A stretch of 64,000 nucleotides of DNA. Source: a virus. Shown piece after piece: positions 9,024-19,195 of the stretch; position 1 is the first letter of the stretch, and each line of letters starts with the position of its first letter. The stretch spans positions 63,742-127,741 of IMG/VR virus record IMGVR_UViG_3300009008_000009, one strand, 5' to 3'. The position numbers were made by a program, and so were the translations under genes. The notes below the pieces were generated by a model. That model made no database searches and was not told the DNA's origin. It saw only the letters and a list, made by a program, of their open reading frames with translations.

Positions 9024-10302
9024 TCATCATCTGGTATATCGACATGTAGAATTGTCTGTCTTCCTGTAAGGATGCCTTGGCCTCCTTGACATTCTTGAAC
9101 TCACGGCCATCTGGGAAGATGAGTTTTCTACCGTCCATCTCAATAAGTTGGGACTTGACCCCCTCTTCAATGATCGGGGATACAGAGTCCGCACCCTCAT
9201 AATAGGAAAGTTGGAATTTGAACTTACGACCACGGGGGGCCAGCCGGTTCTTGTCCACAATGCCGGAAACAGAGTGAGCGATCATTTCCTTCATGCCGCC
9301 AGTTTCACTCCACACAACCCCACTTGGTGCATCGAACTGAATGGACTGCTGGGTGTAAAACTCAACCGCGTCGGCTGCCCCCTGCTTGGCCTCACCACCC
9401 CGAGAGTATGTCCCGGCGATTGGGTCGTGAGTTCCGTAAGTTTGTGAGGTCTTGCGGCGGGGCTGCACAATCATAATAACAGCAGTTGATGTTCGACGGA
9501 GATTGGGCATTAATGCCTCAAGGAACCGAGTCTGCATCCGTGCCTTATCGCCCAACCGTGGATCTTTCTGAAGTGACCTCTCCAGCTCACCCTTGGAAAC
9601 CGACGCGGTGATGGAATCATAACCTACAATACCAAACTCACCGCTACCAGCCCGGGCCAAGGTCTCATCGAATGCCTCGTCACCCGCACCGGGTTCGAAG
9701 ATCTCCAACGCACCGGCTTCATACATCTGCTCGGCACCGGGCAGGTTGAAGAACCTTTGCTCTTCGAACGCGTCCTCTGCGTCCACAATAAGTGACTTCT
9801 TCCCAAACGCATAATACGTATAGATCATCAAGATGTAGAGCAGATAGGACTTGGAAGATTGTGACGGACCCCAGAAACGATGGGCTTTCCCACCCGCAAG
9901 TCCACCAACACCAAGCGCCATGTCAACTGGAAGAATCCCGGTCGGGTAAATGATGAGTGGCTTGCGCTTGAGTCTATAGGTACCCTTGGGAACCGACAAC
10001 TTCGGAGTGTTGATATCAATGAGGTCAGCGTCGCGAAGAGTTGGAATATCAAATACATCTCGCTCAAGAATCGCTGCTGCGTTCTTGGCGACGATGATAA
10101 CCTCAGCGTTCTGGTGAATGGATCTCTTGGTTGCCGCAACGCAAACACGCGTGGGGCCAATTTCCATCATGCCTTTCTTATCATCCCAAGGCTCAACAAC
10201 ACGACCGTTGAACTTCTTCCTGATAAGATTGAATGCTTCCTCGGCAGAAACCTTTGTCACCTTCTTCGCATTCCGCTTCTTCAGCACCTTTACCTCCGTC
10301 AA
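8986..10302 (-). CDS. recA: RecA/UvsX-like recombinase
   Basis: PTGILPVDMALGVGGL, Walker A variant GPSQSSKS, DAED, YDSITA, KNRLAP; true start may be GTG 10287 (GGAGG RBS). Confidence 0.9.
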   Translation of the reverse strand: MTEVKVLKKRNAKKVTKVSAEEAFNLIRKKFNGRVVEPWDDKKGMMEIGPTRVCVAATKRSIHQNAEVIIVAKNAAAILERDVFDIPTLRDADLIDINTPKLSVPKGTYRLKRKPLIIYPTGILPVDMALGVGGLAGGKAHRFWGPSQSSKSYLLYILMIYTYYAFGKKSLIVDAEDAFEEQRFFNLPGAEQMYEAGALEIFEPGAGDEAFDETLARAGSGEFGIVGYDSITASVSKGELERSLQKDPRLGDKARMQTRFLEALMPNLRRTSTAVIMIVQPRRKTSQTYGTHDPIAGTYSRGGEAKQGAADAVEFYTQQSIQFDAPSGVVWSETGGMKEMIAHSVSGIVDKNRLAPRGRKFKFQLSYYEGADSVSPIIEEGVKSQLIEMDGRKLIFPDGREFKNVKEAKASLQEDRQFYMSIYQMMIERTSVAARRGK

Positions 10303-10343
10303 CGATCAGAAGTTTAAGTTAATAACCTGCACAACGCAAGGGC

Positions 10344-12902
10344 TCACGCAGCAATTTTGTACTTCTCAAACTCACCCCATCGATACCCAACTTCCATGTC
10401 GATCTTTAACTTGACATTGAAATCGGCAAATGGTGGAGCCAGTGCGATGTCGTTAACCAGTATGGCAACTTCATGGAGATGTTCTTCTGCGACCTCAACG
10501 ATAACACTATCATGCACGGTAAGCACTGGCATTGATCCGAGCATTGATCTAGTGGCTCGGTCGTAGGGCTTAAGATACCCCTCACGTTCAAGTGCTGCCA
10601 TGATCTGGTAGATCTTCATGTTGGTGATGTGTGCAGCCGCACCCTGAATCGGTGAGTTGACTGCCTGCCTGTGCGCACGCCCGACCAGCCCCTTCTCACC
10701 CGCGTAAGGAATACGGCGTGGGCGACCAAACATAGAGAATACGATCTTGTTCTCGTCGGCTGTCTCTTGGGTAAGCTCAATCCACTGTGCTGCCTTCTTG
10801 AACTTCTCGAAGTACTTAGTCTGAAAGTCCTTCATGAGCTCAATCGGCAAGTGGTACATCTTAGCTGCGGCCTCAGCACTTCCACCGTAAATCACAAGGA
10901 AGGTCACCGACTTAGCTGCTGTACGGAGATCAACTACCTCCTCAACCTCGTCCAGATACTTCCGAAGAGTGTCATCGTAGTCAAGCTCAAACACCTGAAC
11001 GGCGGTACTGAGATGGACATCCTCTGAGTCGCAGGCATAGGCCAGTGCGTCGTCCTGCGAGTCGTAGGCAAGGGTACGGACTTCCATCTGACTGAAGTCA
11101 AAGTACAGGAGTACGTAGCCCTTCTTCGCAATGAATACTCCCTTGACCTTCTTACCCCAGTACTTCTGAGCTTCGCTTTTCTTACCACCACCCCCGGGGA
11201 TGTTCTGGAGGTTCGGGTTTGCGCTGGCCAGACGCCAAGTAACCGTCCGGGCCTGCATGTACGACCCGTGAATACGACCGTCCACCTGCCCACGATAGAT
11301 GGGGGTGGCGTAGGTCGACAGCAGCTTGGACACCGTGCGCAGGGAAAGTACGAGAGACGCAACCCGTGAAGTGTCTGTGATAACCTCTAGATGATTCTTG
11401 TCCGTCTTGTACTTGGGACGGCCACGGGCGTCGGTCACAACGTTCCCGTTGAAGTCCTCCTCGTGCAGCAACTCCATGTCAACACCCTCCTCACGGAGGG
11501 CGTCAATGATCTCCTGCTTGCTGTCCGGATTTACTGTCCGACCGAACTCGCGTCGCATCTGCAACGTCAGCTTCTCTTCCTCAGCCTCTAGATCTTTGAT
11601 CAACTGTGGGAGGAGACTGACATCAACCTCGGCACCCCGGATTTCCATCTTGGTGAGTGCGTCGTTGAGCAGCATGTCATGGCGTCGTAGCTTCTTGTAC
11701 TCAGGAACAGTTCGAGATAGGTATCGGTCGTGCAACCGGGCGATCCGGTGCGTTGTGTCGGTGTCTGTACTCGCGTACTCAGAGATAACCGGAAGTGGGT
11801 GGGCTGCCATGTCACGGTACCCCTCACCCTCCCCTTTAATCATCTTCTTGAATCCACGGAACTGTGGAAGGTACAGGTCAACCTGAGCATCAAGTGCGTG
11901 GGACTTCTGATTCTCGTCTCTGAGGTGTGCTGCGATCAACGTATCCATCTTAATGTTCTTGATCTGGATACCGTAATCGAACCACAAGATCTCAGCGTCA
12001 TATTTGATGTTCTGGTTGATCTTGGGAATGGAACTCTCGCAAAGCTCGCGGAGCAGCTCAAGTATGTAATCCTGATCCTTCTTCCAGAAGTCACGCAGCT
12101 TACGAGACATGACCGGACGGATGCGAAGTGGTAGATAGGCTGCCCGACCCTCCTTCCAGCTGAACGAGATGCCGAGAATCTTGTCCTTGAGGACGTTCGG
12201 TCGATCTGCGTTTGGATCGTGGTTCTGAGCTTCGACATCGAGAACCAGTCGCTTGGCCTTCTTGATACCCCTGAAAAACTTCACTGCCTTTTTCTTAGTG
12301 TCAAGGGTATAGTACTTTCGATCTATGAGTCGTTCGCCGGTAGCCAAGCGCTTACCCATACGAAAGTCCTCAACCATTCGTTGGCGGTTCGCTGGGTTTC
12401 TACCGGGGAGACAGCCTGCTGGGTGGTAAGTTGGAATAACAATGAACTCGTGCCCATCAATTTCACACTTGATCGGAGTACCGCGCATCTCCTTGACCGC
12501 CCGGGACTTCCCGGTCAGCATCTTGATGGCGGTAAACCCCATCGCTACCACAACCTTCGGTTTGAGTCGAGCTATCTCCGGAAAAAGGAACTCGTCCGGG
12601 CAGATGCTCAGTGCTTCAACCGCGTCAGGGTGCTTGATCTTGTTGTTCGGTGGGCGACATCGGAGTACATTGAGAACTGTTGCCTTGCGACGTGGGATAC
12701 CAATCTCATCCAGCGCTGGGTCGAATACAGTGGTGCCCGCAGCCCCAACAAATGGGATGCCTTTTTTATCCTCATCCTTTCCGGGGGCTTCCCCAACAAA
12801 GATGAGATCAACGAGATGTGGTTTGCGCGGACCTGATCCTACAACGACCTGCGTAACCTGATCAGCAAGGGGGCAGTTGTCACATGGATTTGTTCTGCTC
12901 AT
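10344..12902 (-). CDS. Family A DNA polymerase with N-terminal family-4 uracil-DNA-glycosylase domain and 3'-5' exonuclease
   Basis: UDG4: CDNC, GEAPG, PFVGAAG, RCRP, YHPA; exonuclease: LDVE, NIKYD, YASTD; polymerase: DFSQMEVR, RTAAKSVTFLVIYG, NSPIQG, VHDS. Confidence 0.93.
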   Translation of the reverse strand: MSRTNPCDNCPLADQVTQVVVGSGPRKPHLVDLIFVGEAPGKDEDKKGIPFVGAAGTTVFDPALDEIGIPRRKATVLNVLRCRPPNNKIKHPDAVEALSICPDEFLFPEIARLKPKVVVAMGFTAIKMLTGKSRAVKEMRGTPIKCEIDGHEFIVIPTYHPAGCLPGRNPANRQRMVEDFRMGKRLATGERLIDRKYYTLDTKKKAVKFFRGIKKAKRLVLDVEAQNHDPNADRPNVLKDKILGISFSWKEGRAAYLPLRIRPVMSRKLRDFWKKDQDYILELLRELCESSIPKINQNIKYDAEILWFDYGIQIKNIKMDTLIAAHLRDENQKSHALDAQVDLYLPQFRGFKKMIKGEGEGYRDMAAHPLPVISEYASTDTDTTHRIARLHDRYLSRTVPEYKKLRRHDMLLNDALTKMEIRGAEVDVSLLPQLIKDLEAEEEKLTLQMRREFGRTVNPDSKQEIIDALREEGVDMELLHEEDFNGNVVTDARGRPKYKTDKNHLEVITDTSRVASLVLSLRTVSKLLSTYATPIYRGQVDGRIHGSYMQARTVTWRLASANPNLQNIPGGGGKKSEAQKYWGKKVKGVFIAKKGYVLLYFDFSQMEVRTLAYDSQDDALAYACDSEDVHLSTAVQVFELDYDDTLRKYLDEVEEVVDLRTAAKSVTFLVIYGGSAEAAAKMYHLPIELMKDFQTKYFEKFKKAAQWIELTQETADENKIVFSMFGRPRRIPYAGEKGLVGRAHRQAVNSPIQGAAAHITNMKIYQIMAALEREGYLKPYDRATRSMLGSMPVLTVHDSVIVEVAEEHLHEVAILVNDIALAPPFADFNVKLKIDMEVGYRWGEFEKYKIAA

Positions 12903-13300
12903 GACTCACGGCGTTTGAGACGTAGCTTTCTCTTTGGTTTATCCAACGAGACAGCCTTCGGTTCTTCTGAATCGGGAACACGGCGCAGCTTGAAAGACTC
13001 GCGCTTAATCAGGGTGCGCGTTCCCCGGTGGTCGTCGATTGGGTGGTCTTCTACGTCTTCACCAATATCATCGTCATCGGCGTCAGGAACAACCTCCTCT
13101 TGAAGGTCAACTACGTCAGGGGGAGTCGGCGCACCACGCAACGACATGTAGTGATCAAGAACCACACGACGTAAGTCCTTGTCGCTGATCTCTGGATCGT
13201 GAACAATCGCGAACTCCTCGCAGATCTGCCGGAGACTTTTCCGGGAGATAAACTGGAGCATCGCGGCCACGATCACCTGTGTTTTTCCTGCGGCGCTCAC
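12899..13300 (-). CDS. Hypothetical protein
   Basis: 133-aa ORF coupled on both sides; helical N-terminus, acidic middle, basic C-terminus. Confidence 0.6.
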   Translation of the reverse strand: MSAAGKTQVIVAAMLQFISRKSLRQICEEFAIVHDPEISDKDLRRVVLDHYMSLRGAPTPPDVVDLQEEVVPDADDDDIGEDVEDHPIDDHRGTRTLIKRESFKLRRVPDSEEPKAVSLDKPKRKLRLKRRES

Positions 13301-14442
13301 TCCTTGATATCCTCCCGTGGTAGCAACATTACCTGAGTACCCAACTCTTCAGATTCAGAGCAGGCTGGGGACTCGCCATCGGTCAGCCGGAGCTCGAAGC
13401 TCTCGTCGTACAGGTCCGTGAGAACGGCGAGTGATGAGTAGTCGAATCGAATTGACATACCATCGACGTCACCTTCGGTCAGTTCATATGAAATGACCTC
13501 TTGAATACGGTTACTGGTACTGTCTGACTCACCTGTGATTACCAGCCGCTTACCCTTAAAGTTCAGCCGACATACGACCGACTCACCAAAGAACCCGTGG
13601 ATGGCCTTGAGGGCTGTGTTGAACTCAGCGGCGTCGATGGTAATCGAACACTCTGCTTCTTCAAACACCGCCTCCCGGGCGTCCTGAATCTCAGAGTGTG
13701 GAAAGTTACTATCTTCCACAGTGTACACACAAGCGTACATGCTGGAGTCCACATCCTTGATCCAAAGCGCACCGTCGCTCCAGTAGAAGTAAAGTACGTC
13801 ACCGGGGATGAGCTTGAGCACCGCAAAGAGGTCGGCGGGAAGAACAGTCCTGAATCCAAACTTATGCTCCGTGTTCTGGAACATGGCCCGGAAGGTATCG
13901 GTGGCGATGAACTTGCCGTCACCATTGGTCCAGATACCGTTCAGGTGCCGCTGCTTTGGGTCAGCGCAGGACAAAACGATCTGAGACATAACCCGGAAGG
14001 TATCCATCCCCTTCACCTTGGTAAACATGTCGTCGTCAGGAACGTCAGTCGGGTTGTCAACGTACTGCTCGTACGCGTCGCCGTCCATGTAATCAATCTC
14101 AGCTCGCTTGCGCTTGCCGGACGCAACCATGAGCATGCTTCCCTTTGGATTCATGGAAAGTCGTACGGTGTCGTCCTTCGACCCACGGGCAAACTTAGTG
14201 ATCTTCGTGAGATCGGCGGCGCAGGTTTGGAATGTACCTGTCGCACACTTGATATCCCGGAAGATGATCGTGGTCGTTTCGTTGGTTGCGCACAGGGAAA
14301 CTGCGTCGTTACCACATCGCTCGACGAAGAGCATCCTTCGGAACTCAGCGTCCTTCGCTTTCGGACGGCATGCAGATGAAATCCGCTCAACAGCGTCTGC
14401 AAAAACCTCCCGGTTCACAGACAGTGGGGTTGGCTTCGCCAT
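13297..14442 (-). CDS. DNA sliding clamp (DnaN/beta-like)
   Basis: 381 aa with three-domain beta-clamp pattern (LCATN, FIATDTFR, NFP); adjacent to the clamp loader. Confidence 0.78.
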   Translation of the reverse strand: MAKPTPLSVNREVFADAVERISSACRPKAKDAEFRRMLFVERCGNDAVSLCATNETTTIIFRDIKCATGTFQTCAADLTKITKFARGSKDDTVRLSMNPKGSMLMVASGKRKRAEIDYMDGDAYEQYVDNPTDVPDDDMFTKVKGMDTFRVMSQIVLSCADPKQRHLNGIWTNGDGKFIATDTFRAMFQNTEHKFGFRTVLPADLFAVLKLIPGDVLYFYWSDGALWIKDVDSSMYACVYTVEDSNFPHSEIQDAREAVFEEAECSITIDAAEFNTALKAIHGFFGESVVCRLNFKGKRLVITGESDSTSNRIQEVISYELTEGDVDGMSIRFDYSSLAVLTDLYDESFELRLTDGESPACSESEELGTQVMLLPREDIKE

Positions 14443-14464
14443 TTCACACTCCTAGATCTGTATC

Positions 14465-15862
14465 TTATGTTTTCTTCTTCACTATGATACCATCGTCAAC
14501 CAGCGCCTTTGCAGAAAAAGCGTCGTCCGAGTCAACAACACCCTGCAGCTTCTTGAGTGGTAGTAGGTAAGATGCATCGACGTCCTTGACCTTGGTAACG
14601 GCCAGCCTCGCCTGCTTTCTACCGATCAAGATAATACAGTACTTACCATTCCACTCGTCCTGCACCTCAAAGGGCGCACGGTCCTTCTCCAGCTTCTCGA
14701 TAAACGCTGCGACAAGGTCGGCGTCAGGGTCGGAATCCGACTTCTTTTTCTTCGTGGTCTTCTTCGCACTGGTAGTTTTCTTGCCAGTCTTCTTCGCTGG
14801 TGCTTCCGAAACCTCAGCCGTGTTGTGTATGGCGTCGAACATGGCAAACAGTAGAAGATCACGGTTAACCGATTCATGGAACGTGGGCTTGTACTCTGTA
14901 ATCGCCCGGATGAGAAGTACTGCGTTCCTACGGTCAATGGACTTCATACCACCAGACCGGGGGAGAATCACCGAGAATAGATACTTGAGAACGGTGCTGG
15001 CGGTCTGGGAGTTGTAAACATCCCGCATCAGCTTACCGGCGTGGTCAAGGTTACCTGAAATGATAGCCTTGATCATAACCTCAACGTCGGATGAGGTTGC
15101 GCGGCCTGACACGTCACGGATCGTTTCCTCGGTAATACCATCGCCGTGGTCCAGAACAGCCTCAAGGATGCTCAACGACTCGCGGACGCTGCCGTCAGCC
15201 AGCTCAACAATCGTTCGAAGGCCGACGTCAGTGTAGGAAACTGCGTCCTCGTCGTACCGTTCCTCCTCCATCAAGTCCTCAATGATCGTCTTCATGTAGC
15301 TTGAGAGAACCTTGATGGCGACGTGCCTGAACTCATACGAGGCACACCGGGACCGGATAGTCGATGGAACCTTCTGGGGCTCAGATGTACAGATGACCCA
15401 CACAACATTTCGGTTCGGTTCCTCGAGCGACTTGAGGATGGATGTCTTGGCTTGGTTGGACGCGAGGTGAAATTCGTCGAGAATGAAGATGCGGAACTTC
15501 TTACCAGACCCAAGCTGCGCCTTATCGGTAAGGGATCGCATGTCGTCGACGCTGCCGTGAGTCCCGCAGTCAACCTCGGTCACAAACATGCTGTGGCCAC
15601 TGAACACAGAATTGCAGGTTTCACATTCCCCGCACGGATTCGGGTCACCGTCTTCCCGGTTGGGGCAGTTCAGTACAGCTGAGATCAGCCGGGCCGTGGT
15701 TGTTTTCCCCAGCCCCTTGTCCCCGGTAAACATGTACCCGTTCTTCACACGCTCATCAGCAAGCGACCGGGAAAGCCCACGAACAACATGATTCTGTCCA
15801 ATAACTTCATCCCAGCTCCGTGGTCGGAGACTGCGGATAAGAGGAAGATACCGATCATCCAT
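14465..15862 (-). CDS. dnaX: Clamp loader subunit gamma/tau
   Basis: LRPRSWDEVIGQ, GDKGLGKTT, Zn module LNC...PCGECETC, ILDEFH, SRC arginine finger; ATG 15862 with AGGAG RBS. Confidence 0.92.
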   Translation of the reverse strand: MDDRYLPLIRSLRPRSWDEVIGQNHVVRGLSRSLADERVKNGYMFTGDKGLGKTTTARLISAVLNCPNREDGDPNPCGECETCNSVFSGHSMFVTEVDCGTHGSVDDMRSLTDKAQLGSGKKFRIFILDEFHLASNQAKTSILKSLEEPNRNVVWVICTSEPQKVPSTIRSRCASYEFRHVAIKVLSSYMKTIIEDLMEEERYDEDAVSYTDVGLRTIVELADGSVRESLSILEAVLDHGDGITEETIRDVSGRATSSDVEVMIKAIISGNLDHAGKLMRDVYNSQTASTVLKYLFSVILPRSGGMKSIDRRNAVLLIRAITEYKPTFHESVNRDLLLFAMFDAIHNTAEVSEAPAKKTGKKTTSAKKTTKKKKSDSDPDADLVAAFIEKLEKDRAPFEVQDEWNGKYCIILIGRKQARLAVTKVKDVDASYLLPLKKLQGVVDSDDAFSAKALVDDGIIVKKKT

Positions 15863-16232
15863 GAGCAACTCCTGCGCTTACGTCGCGGAGACCGAGTGCG
15901 TCCTGAGTCTCCATTGCAATTACAGTCTTGATATCACTTTTTGAGAACGGGGTGACGTCAACAAGAGACTCGACTGTAACTTCTGACTCCTGTAGAAGTC
16001 TATTGAACAGTCGAGTCTTGCGAGTTTCAATCATCTGTGAATCGTCTCCGATTACAATGTCTGAGGACTCGGCCTTGATCGTAACTGGCGTGTCCCCGGA
16101 GAGTAGAATCTCATGACCACTCGATTCTGATCGAACTACAACATCACCATCTTCTCGATCTCGAATGAAGGTCAGGAGAAATCCCTGCTCCGTGACATAC
16201 TGACTTCCGGGTAATCCATCTGACAATTTCAT
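15855..16232 (-). CDS. Hypothetical protein
   Basis: 125-aa ORF in the replication operon with a GAGG RBS. Confidence 0.6.
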   Translation of the reverse strand: MKLSDGLPGSQYVTEQGFLLTFIRDREDGDVVVRSESSGHEILLSGDTPVTIKAESSDIVIGDDSQMIETRKTRLFNRLLQESEVTVESLVDVTPFSKSDIKTVIAMETQDALGLRDVSAGVAHG

Positions 16233-16255
16233 CTTGACCTCAACCTAACTCATCA

Positions 16256-17062
16256 TCATGATAAAGTCAACCTTTTAGCAGCCTCCTCACTGACAACTGC
16301 GCTGGTAGCAAATGGAAGAAGCTGTGCTTCCGTACCCCACGCGGGGAGCCTAAGTTGGACAACTTCCGATGGGATTTCAACTCCAAGACCAATGTGCCTC
16401 GGGGATAGAACCACTCGGCACGGAAGTATCCCCACCCGAGAAATGAAGGCAAGTAGATCGTCTACCTGCTCAGCAATAGAATCTACATCGATATCGTCTT
16501 GTACCATCTCGAGCTCACCGTGCAGATAGTCCACCCACTCCCACGCAGTGTAGAGATCGGTACTCGGAGTGTAGCGCGTCGCAGCCTCAAGGTCACCACC
16601 GTCACCCAGTTCAACTAATAAAGATCTATGTGAGTCTGGATACACGAATGTGAGTGCAACACTGATCTGAGTCAGCATTCCTCGCACAGACTCTTGCCCA
16701 TGCATCTGCTGCACACGGTTACGAGCTGCGGCCAGCTTAGCGCGTAAGTCGTCTGGTTTGATCGACCGTGGTCGTTCTCCTCGCAAGTAGTCAAGGGCGT
16801 GGTCACGGTCAACGTGAAGCGACCGCATGGTAAGATCTACAGCACCCCCCGACGCCCCACAAGAAAAGCACTTATACCCAGCTCCGTTCAAACTAATTCG
16901 CATGTTTGGGTTGGTGCCATCGTCGTGGAACACGCACCACGCGGTGATCCAACCACCCTCCACCCCCTTCGTTTGAATACCAAGATCTCGGACGAGCTGG
17001 CGAACGTCCAGTCGGTCAAAGCGAATGGGCTTCTTTTTGTCCTCTTTGCGAACTAGTAGCAT
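16256..17062 (-). CDS. Primase-type CHC2 zinc-finger protein (no TOPRIM domain seen)
   Basis: CVFHDD...PNM...CFSCGASG DnaG-like Zn-binding domain; no EG/DxD TOPRIM motifs in the remainder. Confidence 0.75.
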   Translation of the reverse strand: MLLVRKEDKKKPIRFDRLDVRQLVRDLGIQTKGVEGGWITAWCVFHDDGTNPNMRISLNGAGYKCFSCGASGGAVDLTMRSLHVDRDHALDYLRGERPRSIKPDDLRAKLAAARNRVQQMHGQESVRGMLTQISVALTFVYPDSHRSLLVELGDGGDLEAATRYTPSTDLYTAWEWVDYLHGELEMVQDDIDVDSIAEQVDDLLAFISRVGILPCRVVLSPRHIGLGVEIPSEVVQLRLPAWGTEAQLLPFATSAVVSEEAAKRLTLS

Positions 17063-18450
17063 TACTCAAGCTCGTAGTCACCGGCAGCGTCGAAGTCCCG
17101 TTCGCCGATGAAGTTAAATTCAGGAGCTACAAAAAGCATCTCCTCAAAGGTCGGACCGTAGCGATTCTTTTTAGCACGAATCCACATACGGTTCTGGGCC
17201 TTGTCCTCGGGGGTTGCATCCACGTGCCAGAGCTGGTGAACGTGATAAACAATCGCCTGTGATAGGCCAACATGCTCCTGATCAATAGTTTCACGTTCCT
17301 TGTTCAACGACCCGATACGGGACTCGCGAACAGCGGTCACCATTGGAATGCGGAAGCTCTTACAAATACCAAGTAGCTCCAAAAAGATACGGTCGTACTT
17401 TTCCGACTCGTAACTGTACTGCCCGACCGGTTCGATCAGGTTTGCGTAGTCAAGATAGATCACGTCCGGGTACTCAAGGTTCTCGGACTTGAACATCTCG
17501 ATTTCGTACATGATATCAGCAGTGGTAATAATATCCGGGCACTCAACGATCCACATCGGGTACTTGCGCTTCTTGTAAACCGTCAGCAAGAGATCTTTGT
17601 ACCTCTTCTGCTTGCGCTTTGACAGGTAGGCTTGCTCAAGTAGTCCGTACTCCAACCGGGCGGTGCCCCCCTTCATGTCAGGGATCAATGATTCACGTGA
17701 GTCGAGAAGCATACCGATGCGGTCCCGCGCCATCTCACGGGAAATCACCATCACTTTCTTACCGGCTACAGCCTGATTCCACCCGAGATTCAACATCAAG
17801 CGAGACTTGAACGCACCAGACTTACCAAAAATGGCAACGATGTCGGCTTCGGTCTTGAACTTGTGAAGACCCCCATTTGTGTGTTTATCGAGGCATGGTA
17901 TCCCAAATGGAATACCTGCCAGAACCTCGGGGTTGCTTGATATCTCCTCAAATCGGTTCCAGCGATCTGGCGCTTCTTTCCAGTAGTATTCTCGAGATCG
18001 AGTTGCCCGCTCTGAAACACTTATCTGTAACTCGGTCAGCGCCCGGGTAACCGTCTGCAACAGCTCTGTGTGCCGTTCCTTGCCAATAACGTCGGGGATC
18101 TCGGACGCGACCTCCAGCATAGCGCGACCTACGCGCATCTCGCGTAGCATCTTGGCGTGAACCCGGAACGCACTGGGCTTCGGGACCGACTTGCGCATGA
18201 TAGCGTTGAATTGCTGCAGCAACTCCTGATCCCGGCACCACACTGGAAACGTGTCTGCGTCCGGAATGGCGTGCTCCTCGGTGTAGAACGCAGAAAGCTC
18301 AGCGACAAGGCCCCGGTACTTTTCAAAGGCCCCCTCACCAAGCCCCAAGATGTCTGGGAAGCGTGCAGGGTCTTCAAGCCCCATACGAAGAACGCCAACC
18401 TCGGCCCGGGTGGATGACAGCTGATAATCACCCATCGGTATTATCCACAA
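17062..18450 (-). CDS. Replicative helicase, DnaB family
   Basis: GIPFGIPCLD, Walker A variant GKSGAFKS, SREM, YLDYANLI, KNRYGP. Confidence 0.9.
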   Translation of the reverse strand: MWIIPMGDYQLSSTRAEVGVLRMGLEDPARFPDILGLGEGAFEKYRGLVAELSAFYTEEHAIPDADTFPVWCRDQELLQQFNAIMRKSVPKPSAFRVHAKMLREMRVGRAMLEVASEIPDVIGKERHTELLQTVTRALTELQISVSERATRSREYYWKEAPDRWNRFEEISSNPEVLAGIPFGIPCLDKHTNGGLHKFKTEADIVAIFGKSGAFKSRLMLNLGWNQAVAGKKVMVISREMARDRIGMLLDSRESLIPDMKGGTARLEYGLLEQAYLSKRKQKRYKDLLLTVYKKRKYPMWIVECPDIITTADIMYEIEMFKSENLEYPDVIYLDYANLIEPVGQYSYESEKYDRIFLELLGICKSFRIPMVTAVRESRIGSLNKERETIDQEHVGLSQAIVYHVHQLWHVDATPEDKAQNRMWIRAKKNRYGPTFEEMLFVAPEFNFIGERDFDAAGDYELE

Positions 18451-19195
18451 GTCTCTGCATCATAGATCTCTTTCTTCGGTATTTGATCCCGGAGAATTCA
18501 ACTTGGTCCCACTCCCCAATCCGGTCAATCACTGCGGAAGGAAGTACATCGCTTTCTTCCATCCCTTCAATCGATCTGTTTCCAGTGGCAATGACCGCAG
18601 TCGTTTCCCGATAAATCCTATCGAAGAATTCACAGGCAAAGCTACGAGTCATCCTTGGGTCAGAGTCCTCTTCCTTCGGAAGGTAGATTTTATCAATCTC
18701 ATCGATGATCACAAGATCTGCATGTTCCACCCGCTCCAAGACAGGCGACGGTTCACGTCGGGCACGGGAAAGGAACACGTCGAACAGGTCGGTTCCCCAC
18801 ACCCACGCGACCTGACTTTCCAACCGCATGGCTTCCTTAGCCAGCACGGCAGCGAGGGCTGTCTTTGCGGCACCGTGGTCCTTGGACCAGAGCAGTAACC
18901 CAGCGCCCTCTGAAATCACATCCGGGAGAGACTTAAGCCAAAGACGGATCTGGCCGACCGCCACCGAGTTCTTCTTCTTGTACTCGGAAGTTAACATGGA
19001 GAAGTCGAAGTCCCAGAAACGGGGAGGAACGCCGACCTCGAGAAGCGCCATAAAAGACTTGAGCTTCTTCATGCACTCGCAGTCAGAGAATCGTCCCTTC
19101 TCCCCACTGAAGGAGACTTGGTAACCTCTCCCCTCGCACAGGTCGCAGGACTCAACTATCTCCTTGCGAAGTTCATCTACGGTCGGTAGTGGCAT
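18428..19195 (-). CDS. DnaC/IstB-like helicase loader ATPase
   Basis: N-terminal CDLC...CEC, VPPRF, HGAAKT, LVIIDEID, ATGN, IDRI; directly upstream of DnaB. Confidence 0.82.
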   Translation of the reverse strand: MPLPTVDELRKEIVESCDLCEGRGYQVSFSGEKGRFSDCECMKKLKSFMALLEVGVPPRFWDFDFSMLTSEYKKKNSVAVGQIRLWLKSLPDVISEGAGLLLWSKDHGAAKTALAAVLAKEAMRLESQVAWVWGTDLFDVFLSRARREPSPVLERVEHADLVIIDEIDKIYLPKEEDSDPRMTRSFACEFFDRIYRETTAVIATGNRSIEGMEESDVLPSAVIDRIGEWDQVEFSGIKYRRKRSMMQRLVDNTDG

